A stretch of 64,000 nucleotides of DNA, from NCBI GenBank assembly GCA_965227775.1, contig OZ245777.1:1184001-1248000 (forward strand), in the 5' to 3' direction. This stretch comes from Phycisphaerales bacterium. Its GTDB lineage: Bacteria; Planctomycetota; Phycisphaerae; Phycisphaerales; UBA1924. This document shows positions 39,504 through 48,158 of this stretch, piece after piece (within the stretch, counting starts at the first letter, position 1; each line of letters opens with the position of its first letter). A model generated the notes under the pieces. The model was not told the origin of the DNA. It did not search any database and saw only the letters and a list, made by a program, of their open reading frames with translations. The translations under genes and the position numbers were made by a program.

Positions 39504-41044
39504 GCGAGCCCGCCTCCACGCTCGCTGCCGCTGCCGTACTCGGCGCGCAACGTGCTGGACACGTGGATCTCAGCGCGATGCCCGATTGTGTCCGTGCGGT
39601 CGGCGATGCATCGCAGGGTGGTGCGGCTCTGCTTGCGACGGCGACCGCTCTTCGGCAGTACACCCGGGCCGGTGCGGTCGCAGAAGAATCGTCGGCACAG
39701 GTTCTGGATGCGAGCGAGCCGGATCGCCAGTTCGATGAGACCGGATTGCTCAATGTCGTGCTCGCCGAGCAACCGGCGCTATTGCCCGAGGCATGCACGC
39801 TGATGGCGCGCCTGGGCCTCGTTGCGACACCGGCGTTGCTGCCAAGGCTGCTCGCCCACGGCCGCCGACATCGCGATGTCCGACGAGACCTTGGCCCGAT
39901 CCTTGGTGCGCGGGGACGGTGGCTTGCGTCGCTGAACCCAGAATGGTCGTATGCGCTCGATAGCGCGGCGGGCACCAAGGCATCGCTGAAACCAGACGCG
40001 TGGGAGTACGGCGAACGCGGAGAGCGGCTGGCATACCTGACGTCCCTGCGAGAGCAGGATCCTCCTGCGGGTCGAGAGTTACTGGAAGACTCCTGGGACA
40101 GCGAGCAGCCCGACGATCGTGTCCGGTTGATCGCAGCGCTCGAAACCGGCTTGTCCACAGCGGATGAGCCCCTGCTCGAGCGCGGCCTGCGAGATTCGCG
40201 CAAGCACGTCCGTGAGACCGCCGCTCGGTTGCTCGCGTGTCTCCCCGCTACCGAGTTCTCTCAGAGGATGGCCGAGCGCGTGCTCTCGTGGGTGAGCATC
40301 TCGGTTGGCAAGCGTGGCAAGGTCTCGCTCGATGCCGCACCGCCCGATAGCGTGGATGCGGCAATGAAGCGCGATGGCCTGTCGATCGCAGCCTTGGAGA
40401 GTCTCTCGAAGGTTAAGATGATGGGGCCCAACGAGTCGTTGCTATCCCGCGCCGTCGCGCTCGCTCCTTTGGAGATCTGGACCGAGTCGAGTGGCCAGAC
40501 GTGCGAGAAGCTCGTGCACGCCGCGACAGAATCGGACTGGTCCGGCGGCATGCTGCGGGGCTGGGTTTTTGCCGCCGCACGGGAATTGGACAGCTCGTGG
40601 GCCACCGCATTGCTCGGCGCGATGAACCAACGCCAGCACATGCTGCTCTTGCGCATGGGACTCCTCCAGGCATTGCTTCGAAGCATGGACGAAAGGGCAC
40701 TCGAAGCTCACATCGTGAATGTGCAGAAGAAGTCGTCGTTGTCATCGATCTCGGAGATCATCGAGGCCTTACCTACGCCGTGGGGCGCACGAATCTCGAA
40801 GCGGATTGTTGCAGCCATTAGCACGGAGCTGCGTGATGGCAAGGGTCAGGATTGGGCGTACGGATCGTCGGCGCGGCTCTTGGATGCGAGCATCGCCGTG
40901 CATGTCCACGCCGAGGCGGTGCCCCTCTTGCGAAAGGGGCTTGAAGGGCTCGTCAGGAGTGAGCACGCACGAAACGTGGCTACGAATGCAATGCGAGTGA
41001 TCGAGCTGCGCGAGCGCATGCGCAAGGAGTGGAGACATGGGTGA
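39500..41044 (+). CDS. DUF5691-like helical protein
   Basis: 'LGARGRWLASLNPEW', 'RELLEDSWDSE', 'DEPLLERGLRDSRKHVRETAARLL'; ATGA-coupled to the SWIM gene. Confidence 0.75.
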   Translation: MSEPASTLAAAAVLGAQRAGHVDLSAMPDCVRAVGDASQGGAALLATATALRQYTRAGAVAEESSAQVLDASEPDRQFDETGLLNVVLAEQPALLPEACTLMARLGLVATPALLPRLLAHGRRHRDVRRDLGPILGARGRWLASLNPEWSYALDSAAGTKASLKPDAWEYGERGERLAYLTSLREQDPPAGRELLEDSWDSEQPDDRVRLIAALETGLSTADEPLLERGLRDSRKHVRETAARLLACLPATEFSQRMAERVLSWVSISVGKRGKVSLDAAPPDSVDAAMKRDGLSIAALESLSKVKMMGPNESLLSRAVALAPLEIWTESSGQTCEKLVHAATESDWSGGMLRGWVFAAARELDSSWATALLGAMNQRQHMLLLRMGLLQALLRSMDERALEAHIVNVQKKSSLSSISEIIEALPTPWGARISKRIVAAISTELRDGKGQDWAYGSSARLLDASIAVHVHAEAVPLLRKGLEGLVRSEHARNVATNAMRVIELRERMRKEWRHG

Positions 41045-42116
41045 AGTGGTACGCGAGGCCGCGGAGGTCCAGTTTGCAGAAGAACTGGAGGCCCTGGCCA
41101 AGAACGACACGCGCGAGCGCCCGCCGAACTGGAAGCTCTCGCCCTGGGCGGTGCTGACCTACCTCATGGGCGGCGTGCTCGACGATGGGTTCGAGGTGTC
41201 GGCCAAGTACATCGGCAATCGCCGCGTCATCGAGATCGCGATCGCCACGATGGCAACCGACCGCGCCCTGCTCTTGCTCGGCGTACCGGGGACTGCCAAG
41301 ACGTGGGTGAGCGAGCACCTGACTGCGGCGATCAGCGGCGACTCCACGCGAGTGGTGCAGGGCACAGCCGGCACCGCAGAGGAAGCGATCCGCTATGGCT
41401 GGAACTACGCGTTGCTGCTCGCCAAGGGGCCGAGCGAAGACGCGCTGGTGCAAAGCCCGGTGATGCACGCGATGCGCATCGGCGGCATCGCGCGGGTCGA
41501 AGAGCTCACGCGCATCCCCTCCGACGTCCAGGACACGCTCATCACGATCCTCTCCGAGCGGACGATGCCCATCGCCGAGTTGAACACCGAGCTGCGGGCT
41601 ATCCAAGGGTTCAACATCATCGCGACGGCCAACGACCGCGATCGGGGCGTGAATGAACTCTCAAGCGCGCTGCGCCGCCGCTTCAACACGGTCGTGTTGC
41701 CCGTGCCTGCGACGGAAGAGGAAGAAGTGGAGATCGTGCGAACACGCTCCGCTTCGCTCGGACGCAGCCTGCAGCTCCCGGGCGATGCGCCGCCGCTCGA
41801 GGAGATCCGCCGCATCGTGACGATCTTCCGCGAGCTGCGCGAGGGCAAGACCACCGATGGCAAGTCGAAGGTCAAGCAGCCGTCGGGCGCGCTCAGCCCG
41901 GCGGAGGCCATCGCCGTCGTCGTGAGCGGCCTTTCTCTCGCGGCCCACTTCGGAGACGGCACGCTGAGCGCTGCTGATGTTGCCTCGGGCCTCCACGGCG
42001 CGATCGTGAAGGATCCGACGCAGGACAGCGTCGTCTGGCGGGAGTACCTCGAGACGGTGGCCAAGGGACGCGACGGCTGGAAGGACCTGTACCGAGCCTC
42101 ACGCGAACTGCTCTAG
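41037..42116 (+). CDS. MoxR-family AAA+ ATPase (YehL-like)
   Basis: 'LLLGVPGTAKTWVSEHL', 'VQGTAGT', 'RVEELTR', 'ATANDRDRGVNELSSALRRRF'. Confidence 0.9.
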   Translation: MGEVVREAAEVQFAEELEALAKNDTRERPPNWKLSPWAVLTYLMGGVLDDGFEVSAKYIGNRRVIEIAIATMATDRALLLLGVPGTAKTWVSEHLTAAISGDSTRVVQGTAGTAEEAIRYGWNYALLLAKGPSEDALVQSPVMHAMRIGGIARVEELTRIPSDVQDTLITILSERTMPIAELNTELRAIQGFNIIATANDRDRGVNELSSALRRRFNTVVLPVPATEEEEVEIVRTRSASLGRSLQLPGDAPPLEEIRRIVTIFRELREGKTTDGKSKVKQPSGALSPAEAIAVVVSGLSLAAHFGDGTLSAADVASGLHGAIVKDPTQDSVVWREYLETVAKGRDGWKDLYRASRELL

Positions 42117-44341
42117 TGGCCGGCAGCGTGCACGTCTTCGGGATTCGCCACCACGGGCCCGGCTCGGCGCGCACCCTCTTGCGCGCGCTCGAGGAGCTCC
42201 GGCCCGACGCGGTGCTGATCGAGGGCCCGCCAGACGCAGACCACCTGCTGCCGCTTGCCGCAGCGGGCATGGAGCCCCCGGTGGCGTTGCTGGTGTACGA
42301 GGCCGCAAAGCCCGTGAACGCCGCGTTCTATCCGTTCGCGAGCTTCTCACCCGAATGGCAGGCCATCAAGTTCGCGCTCGAGCACGACACGCCCGTCGCA
42401 TTCATGGATCTTCCCTCGGCGATGATGCTCGCGCCCGCTCCCGAGTCACAGTCGCAGTCGGACTCGGAGCCGACGGATGCAATCGCGACCGAGGAGCAGC
42501 GTCCCGCCGATCCGATCGGCGAGCTCGCGGCCGCCGCGGGCTTCGACGATGGCGAGCGTTGGTGGGAGTTCATGGTCGAGCATCGCCGTGACGCATCGAT
42601 CGATGTCTTCGAGGCGATCAATGAAGCGATGGGCGCGCTCAGGGAGGATGCGCCCCAAGACCGCCGCAACGAGCGCCGTGAGGCGCACATGCGGCGCACG
42701 ATCCGCCGGACCGCGCGCGATGCCGAGCGCGTCGCGGTCGTTTGCGGTGCGTGGCATGCCCCTGCTCTCTCGAATATGCCGCCCGCCAAGCGTGATGACG
42801 AGACCCTGCGCGGCCTACCCAAGGTCAAGATCGACTGCACCTGGGTGCCCTGGTCGTACGAGCGGCTGACCTCCGCGAGCGGATACGGCGCGGGCGTCTG
42901 GTCTCCCGGGTGGTACGAGCACCTCTGGAGCCACAGCGACTCAATTACGGAACAATGGCTCACGCGAGTCGCTCGATGCCTGCGCGACCAGGACGTCGAA
43001 GCCTCGAGCGCGCACGTCATCGAGTCGGCACGCCTCGCCCAGACGCTTGCGGCTCTTCGCGGCCGGCCACTCGCCGGACTGGAAGAACTCAGCGAGGCGA
43101 CCGAGGCCGTCCTGTGCGAGGGCGACCCGACTCCCATGGCGCTGGTACACGACCGGCTCATCGTCGGGCGGCGGCTGGGCGTCGTTCCGGAGGAGGCGCC
43201 GTCCGTGCCCCTCCAGCGAGATCTGCAAGGGCTCATCAAGCGGCTCCGGTTGAAGCAGTCTGCCGATGAGCACGACCTCGACCTTGATCTCCGCAAGCCG
43301 ATCCACCTCGAACGCAGCCACTTGTTCCACAGATTGAGCGTGCTTGGCATCGCCTGGGCAGAGTCCCTGGACGTGCGGGGTAAGGCCGGCACGTTCCACG
43401 AGATGTGGCGGCTCCGATGGGAGCCCGAACTCGCGATCGCTGTCGTCGAGGCGTCCCGCTGGGGCAACACAGTGCTCGAGGCCGCCGTCGCCCGCGTTAC
43501 CGATCGCGCACGTACGGCAGACACGTTGGTCGACCTGACAAGGCTTGTCGACGACGTGCTGCTCGGAGACCTTCCCGGTGCCACCGACACCTTGGTAGAC
43601 GCGATCCGATCACGGGCCGCAACCGAGAACGATGTCGCGCAGCTTATGGATGCGCTCCCGCCGCTCACCGAGGTGCTGCGATACGGCAACGTGCGTCAGT
43701 CCGATTCGGCGCTCGTTTCCCAGGTGGTCGGGGGGCTGGCCACGCGAATCGTGGTTGGGCTCCCGGCCCAATGCCGATCCATCGACGGCGATGCCGCCCG
43801 CGAGATGGCCCATCGCATCCGCCACGTCAACGCGGCGCTCCATGGCGCCGAGGACGCCGTCGAACTTCCGGCATGGCACGCCTCGCTCAAGAGCGTTGCC
43901 GAAACAGACCACACGGGCCCTCCAATCGCGGGCACCGCCTCCAGACTACTGCTCGATGCGGGAGCGATCGACGCCGATCGTGCGGCCACGATGCTCTCGC
44001 TGTCCATGTCTCGTGCGGCCGAACCGGGCGATGCGGCCCTCTGGATCGAGGGGTTCCTGGGCGCGAGCGGCTTGCTGCTGCTGCACGACGAGCGCATGTG
44101 GACGCTCATCGATGACTGGCTGTGCGGGCTCAGCGACGATCACTTCGACCAGATCGTGCCGATCCTCCGCCGAGCGTTCTCCGAGTACCCCGCCGGTGAG
44201 CGCCGGATGATCGGCGAGCGTGCACGCTCCGCGGGCGGAGCTCCCTCGGCAACAACGCCCGAGGTAGCACTCGACACCGCGCGTGCCGAGAAGGCGGTGG
44301 AAGTGGTGGCCCAGTTGCTCGGACTCGGAGGCAAGCCATGA
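42116..44341 (+). CDS. DUF5682 family protein (YehM-like)
   Basis: 'GIRHHGPGSAR', 'LIEGP', 'YPFASFSPEWQA', 'REAHM', 'VCGAWHAPAL', 'SGYGAG..SPGWY'. Confidence 0.85.
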   Translation: MAGSVHVFGIRHHGPGSARTLLRALEELRPDAVLIEGPPDADHLLPLAAAGMEPPVALLVYEAAKPVNAAFYPFASFSPEWQAIKFALEHDTPVAFMDLPSAMMLAPAPESQSQSDSEPTDAIATEEQRPADPIGELAAAAGFDDGERWWEFMVEHRRDASIDVFEAINEAMGALREDAPQDRRNERREAHMRRTIRRTARDAERVAVVCGAWHAPALSNMPPAKRDDETLRGLPKVKIDCTWVPWSYERLTSASGYGAGVWSPGWYEHLWSHSDSITEQWLTRVARCLRDQDVEASSAHVIESARLAQTLAALRGRPLAGLEELSEATEAVLCEGDPTPMALVHDRLIVGRRLGVVPEEAPSVPLQRDLQGLIKRLRLKQSADEHDLDLDLRKPIHLERSHLFHRLSVLGIAWAESLDVRGKAGTFHEMWRLRWEPELAIAVVEASRWGNTVLEAAVARVTDRARTADTLVDLTRLVDDVLLGDLPGATDTLVDAIRSRAATENDVAQLMDALPPLTEVLRYGNVRQSDSALVSQVVGGLATRIVVGLPAQCRSIDGDAAREMAHRIRHVNAALHGAEDAVELPAWHASLKSVAETDHTGPPIAGTASRLLLDAGAIDADRAATMLSLSMSRAAEPGDAALWIEGFLGASGLLLLHDERMWTLIDDWLCGLSDDHFDQIVPILRRAFSEYPAGERRMIGERARSAGGAPSATTPEVALDTARAEKAVEVVAQLLGLGGKP

Positions 44342-45492
44342 CCGATCCACGATCGAACGAGCGTCTGCGTCGCTGGCGCCTCGTGCTCGGCGGCGGAGAC
44401 GCCGACGGCACCGGCATGAGCCTGGGCCAGCACGATGCCGGCATGGACCAGACCATGGCGGCGCTGTACGGGGAAGCGGGTTCCGATGACAACGAGCGAC
44501 GCGGCGGGCTCGGTGGCTCGTCCCCGAAGGTGTCGCGTTGGCTCGGCGACATCCGCAAGTACTTCCCATCGTCCGTCGTGCGGGTGATGCAGCGAGACGC
44601 GCTCGAGCGGCTGAACCTGCAGCGGATGCTGCTAGAGCCCGAGCTGCTCGAGTCGGTCGAGGCCGACGTGCACCTGGTAGCCTCGCTCGTCTCGCTCAGC
44701 GGTGTGTTGCCCGCCAAGACCAAGGACACCGCACGCCGAGTCATCCGCAAGGTCACCGATGAGCTCATGCGCAAGCTGGAACAGAAGACCAAGCGAGCCA
44801 TCACCGGCGCGCTCAATCGTGCGGCCAGGACGAACCGCCCGCGGCACGCCGACATCGACTGGCATCGGACGATTCGCGCCAATCTGAAGCACTACCTGCC
44901 AGACTACCAGACCATCGTCCCCGAGCGCCGCATCGGTTTCGGCCGCAGGCAGCATGCGCAGCAGAAGGACATCATCCTGTGCATGGATCAGAGCGGCTCG
45001 ATGGCCACGTCGGTCGTCTACGCCGGCATCTTCGGTGGGGTGCTGTCCTCGATCCCCGCGCTCCGCACGCGCGTGGTCGCGTTCGATACCGCTGTTGTCG
45101 ACTTGACCGAAAAGGCATCCGACCCGGTGGACGTCCTCTTCGGCGTCCAGCTTGGCGGCGGCACCGACATCAACCGGGCGCTGGCGTACTGCCAGGGTCT
45201 GGTCGAGAAGCCGCGCGACACCGTGCTCGTGCTGATCACCGATCTCTACGAGGGCGGTAGCGAGGCCGGCATGCTCCGGCGCATGGCCCAGCTCGTCGGC
45301 TCGGGGGTCAACGTCGTGACACTGCTCGCCCTCAGCGACGACGGCAAGCCTATGTACGACCACAACATGGCGGCGAAACTGGCGGAACTGTCCGTACCGT
45401 GCTTTGCGTGCACGCCCGACCAGTTCCCCGATCTCATGGCGGCAGCCATCGAGAAACGTGACGTCATGGAGTGGGTCGCTCGTCAGGGCTAG
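44338..45492 (+). CDS. vWA domain protein (YehP/CoxE-like)
   Basis: 'RRWRLVLG'; MIDAS 'DQSGSM'; 'QLGGGTDI'; 'ITDLYEGG'. Confidence 0.9.
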   Translation: MTDPRSNERLRRWRLVLGGGDADGTGMSLGQHDAGMDQTMAALYGEAGSDDNERRGGLGGSSPKVSRWLGDIRKYFPSSVVRVMQRDALERLNLQRMLLEPELLESVEADVHLVASLVSLSGVLPAKTKDTARRVIRKVTDELMRKLEQKTKRAITGALNRAARTNRPRHADIDWHRTIRANLKHYLPDYQTIVPERRIGFGRRQHAQQKDIILCMDQSGSMATSVVYAGIFGGVLSSIPALRTRVVAFDTAVVDLTEKASDPVDVLFGVQLGGGTDINRALAYCQGLVEKPRDTVLVLITDLYEGGSEAGMLRRMAQLVGSGVNVVTLLALSDDGKPMYDHNMAAKLAELSVPCFACTPDQFPDLMAAAIEKRDVMEWVARQG

Positions 45493-45564
45493 GCGCTGCC
45501 AGATTCCGCGCCGAATCGTGGAATGCTGCAGGCAGCGTGGGCGAAGCAGCGGGTATGCTTTCGC

Positions 45565-46908
45565 ATGACCCGCCAAGCCCACCAAACCGGCAGCGCCCCA
45601 TACCACATGTGGGGTGAGGTGGGCGAAGACTTCGACCGCCCCAGCCTCGACCAGCTCGAGAACGCCTGCCGCCTGCCCGTCGCGCGGGCCGGGGCGCTCA
45701 TGCCCGATGCCCACGTCGGCTATGGCCTGCCCATCGGCGGTGTGCTGGCCACCGAGAACGCCGTCGTGCCTTATGCCGTGGGCGTTGACATCGCTTGTCG
45801 CGTGAAGATGACCGTGCTCGACATTCCTCCCAAGGAGATCGACCACGACGCCGGCCGCGACCGATTGGCCAAGGCCATCGAGCAGGAGACCCGCTTCGGC
45901 GTGGGCGCCGCCTTCGGTCGCAAGGGCGATCGCACGCCCCTGCGCGAGCACGCGGTCATGGATGAGGACTGGGGCGTCTCCAAGATCACCCAGCACAACA
46001 AGGACAAGGCCTGGAGCCAGCTCGGAACCAGCGGCTCGGGCAACCACTTCGTCGAGTTCGGCGTGCTCACGATCGGCGAGCAAGGCGATGATCTCTACGC
46101 GGACGCAGCGCCCGACGTGCCCCAGGGTGATGTCGGCAAGCCCAAGGGCCGCGCGCGCGACGCCGACCGTGCGTTCGATTTACCGCCTGGAAGATACCTT
46201 GCGCTGCTCAGCCACTCGGGCAGCCGCGGCGCCGGTGCGGCCGTGTGCGACCACTACAGCAAGCTGGCCATGCAGCTGCGCCCAGACATGGACAAGCAGA
46301 TGCGCCACCTCGCCTGGCTCGACCTCGACAGCGAGCTGGGGCGTGAGTACTGGGATGCCATGAACCTCTTGGGGCGCTACGCGTCGGCCAACCACGCGTG
46401 CATCCACCACTGGATCGCCAAGCACCTGGGCGCCCGCGTCATCGGCGGCGTCGAGAACCACCACAACTTCGCGTGGAAGGAAACGCACACTGTCACGCTT
46501 CCCGACGGATCTCAGGATGACCGCGAGCTGATCGTCCACCGCAAGGGCGCCACGCCCGCGGGCGAGGGCGTGCTGGGCATCATCCCCGGCTCGATGGCCA
46601 AGCCCGGGTACGTCGTCCGTGGAATCGGCGGCGATGGTGCGCGGCGTTCGCTCGCGTCGGCCTCCCACGGCGCGGGCCGAGTCATGAGCCGCAGCGAGGC
46701 GAAGAGGACCTTCCGCTGGAACCACGTCAAGGACGACCTCGAGCGGGCCGGCGTCACGCTGCTGAGCGCCGGCATCGACGAGAACCCACGCGTGTACAAG
46801 GACATCCGCCAGGTCATGGCCCGGCAATCGGATCTGGTCGAGCCCATCGCGCGATTCGACCCGCGCCTGGTCAAGATGGCCCCCGCCGGAGAGCGGCCCG
46901 AGGACTGA
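45565..46908 (+). CDS. rtcB: RtcB RNA ligase (copy 2)
   Basis: 'MPDAHVGYGLPIGGV', 'GVDIAC', 'SGNHFVE', 'HSGSRG', 'NHHNF', 'HRKGATPA', 'SHGAGR', 'DENPRVYK'. Confidence 0.93.
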   Translation: MTRQAHQTGSAPYHMWGEVGEDFDRPSLDQLENACRLPVARAGALMPDAHVGYGLPIGGVLATENAVVPYAVGVDIACRVKMTVLDIPPKEIDHDAGRDRLAKAIEQETRFGVGAAFGRKGDRTPLREHAVMDEDWGVSKITQHNKDKAWSQLGTSGSGNHFVEFGVLTIGEQGDDLYADAAPDVPQGDVGKPKGRARDADRAFDLPPGRYLALLSHSGSRGAGAAVCDHYSKLAMQLRPDMDKQMRHLAWLDLDSELGREYWDAMNLLGRYASANHACIHHWIAKHLGARVIGGVENHHNFAWKETHTVTLPDGSQDDRELIVHRKGATPAGEGVLGIIPGSMAKPGYVVRGIGGDGARRSLASASHGAGRVMSRSEAKRTFRWNHVKDDLERAGVTLLSAGIDENPRVYKDIRQVMARQSDLVEPIARFDPRLVKMAPAGERPED

Positions 46909-46950
46909 TGCGCGTCCTGGGACGGGCCGGCCCCGACCCTACGATGGCAC

Positions 46951-47931
46951 ATGCCCACCGACACCCAGCGGACCAGCCTCCCCGAAGCCGCCAAGGCCCT
47001 GACCAAGGGCCTCATCGACTACGCCGGCCTCTTCCCGCCCGCCAAGCTCGACATGGGCCCGGCCGTGGAGAACTTCGCGCGATACCTGCGTAGTGCCGAG
47101 GCGCCGATGCTCGGCCGCTTCGTGTGCCCGGCGGCGCGCCTGGGCGAGGTCACCAAGGCCGGCCAGATGCTCATGCCTGGCACGTTCGCGACCAGCGGCT
47201 ACCCCGAGATGGCCGGTGACGGCGAGCCGTGGCGCATCAGCGCCATCGTGCCGCACGAGAGCGCTACGCCGCTGGCCGAGAGCCTCGAGCACATCCGTGA
47301 GTTCAACCACCGCCACGAGGACGAGAGCCAGGGCCTGGCCATCGTCGACGCCATCGAGACCCCGCTCAAGCAGGTGTCCGACGCCGACGCGCTGCTCGAC
47401 GCCGTGCCCGAGCAGCTCGCCATCGCGATGGAGATTCCCGTCGCGCACAACGATGACATCCGCGGCTACATCGCCGCGCTCGCCGGCACGGGCGCCGCCG
47501 CCAAGATCCGCTGCGGCGGCATCACGGCCGACGCCATGCTCCCCGCCGAGCCGATCGTCGGCTTCATGCAGGCCTGCCGCACCGCCGGCGTCGCCTTCAA
47601 GTGCACCGCAGGCCTCCACCACGCCCTGCCGGGCGAGTACCGCCTGACCTACGAGGACAACCCTCCGATGGGCCCGATGCAGGGCTTCGTCAACACCTTC
47701 GTCGCCGCGATCCTGATCGGCGCGAAGGCGATCGACGAAGGCACGGCGCTCCAGCTCATGGCCGAGACCAACGGCGGCAACTTCGTCCTCTCCGACCAGC
47801 ACATCGGCTGGAAGGAACACACGGTGCCCGTCGCCACCGCCGTCGAGCAGCGCACCCGCTTCGCCCTCAGCTACGGGAGCTGCTCGTTCGAGGAGCCGAC
47901 CCAGGAGCTGGCCGAGCTGCTGAAGGGCTGA
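46951..47931 (+). CDS. Conserved hypothetical protein, possibly a TIM-barrel fold
   Basis: Strong coding bias; motifs 'LIDYAGLFPPA', 'KIRCGG', 'FKCTAGLHH', 'SYGSCSFEEP'. Confidence 0.75.
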   Translation: MPTDTQRTSLPEAAKALTKGLIDYAGLFPPAKLDMGPAVENFARYLRSAEAPMLGRFVCPAARLGEVTKAGQMLMPGTFATSGYPEMAGDGEPWRISAIVPHESATPLAESLEHIREFNHRHEDESQGLAIVDAIETPLKQVSDADALLDAVPEQLAIAMEIPVAHNDDIRGYIAALAGTGAAAKIRCGGITADAMLPAEPIVGFMQACRTAGVAFKCTAGLHHALPGEYRLTYEDNPPMGPMQGFVNTFVAAILIGAKAIDEGTALQLMAETNGGNFVLSDQHIGWKEHTVPVATAVEQRTRFALSYGSCSFEEPTQELAELLKG

Positions 47932-48088
47932 CCGAACGCGCCGGATGCGCTCAAGCCGGCGCTCCCGACGCGCCGGAAACTCCTCTTGAGGGCGCCCAGG
48001 CGGTCTCTCTATCGGACCGGGCTCGGCGATCGTTCTCGGACCAGATCTGCCCGCTAGGCGATTGAGGCGTTCGGCCCGGTAATTCTCG

Positions 48089-48118
48089 TTGACATGACTG
48101 GGGGTTTCTTGGTATCTT
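48089..48118 (+). promoter_or_regulatory. Sigma-70-like promoter for the FG-GAP genes
   Basis: TTGACA-N18-TATCTT with TG just upstream of the -10, about 40 nt before ATG 48159. Confidence 0.55.
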
Positions 48119-48158
48119 GTACCCGCTCGCCGGCATGCCGTCGGTGTGGGGGATTCAA

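Noticed and set aside
45519..45534. Possible sigma-54 promoter before rtcB2 (TGGAATG-CTGC-AGGCA)
   Set aside because: GG-N10-GC spacing is right but the match is otherwise poor and likely by chance at this GC content.
31740..47931. rtc/Yeh region as a tRNA-integrated genomic island
   Set aside because: It lies on the 5' side of tRNA-Arg; no integrase and no duplicated tRNA 3' end was seen.
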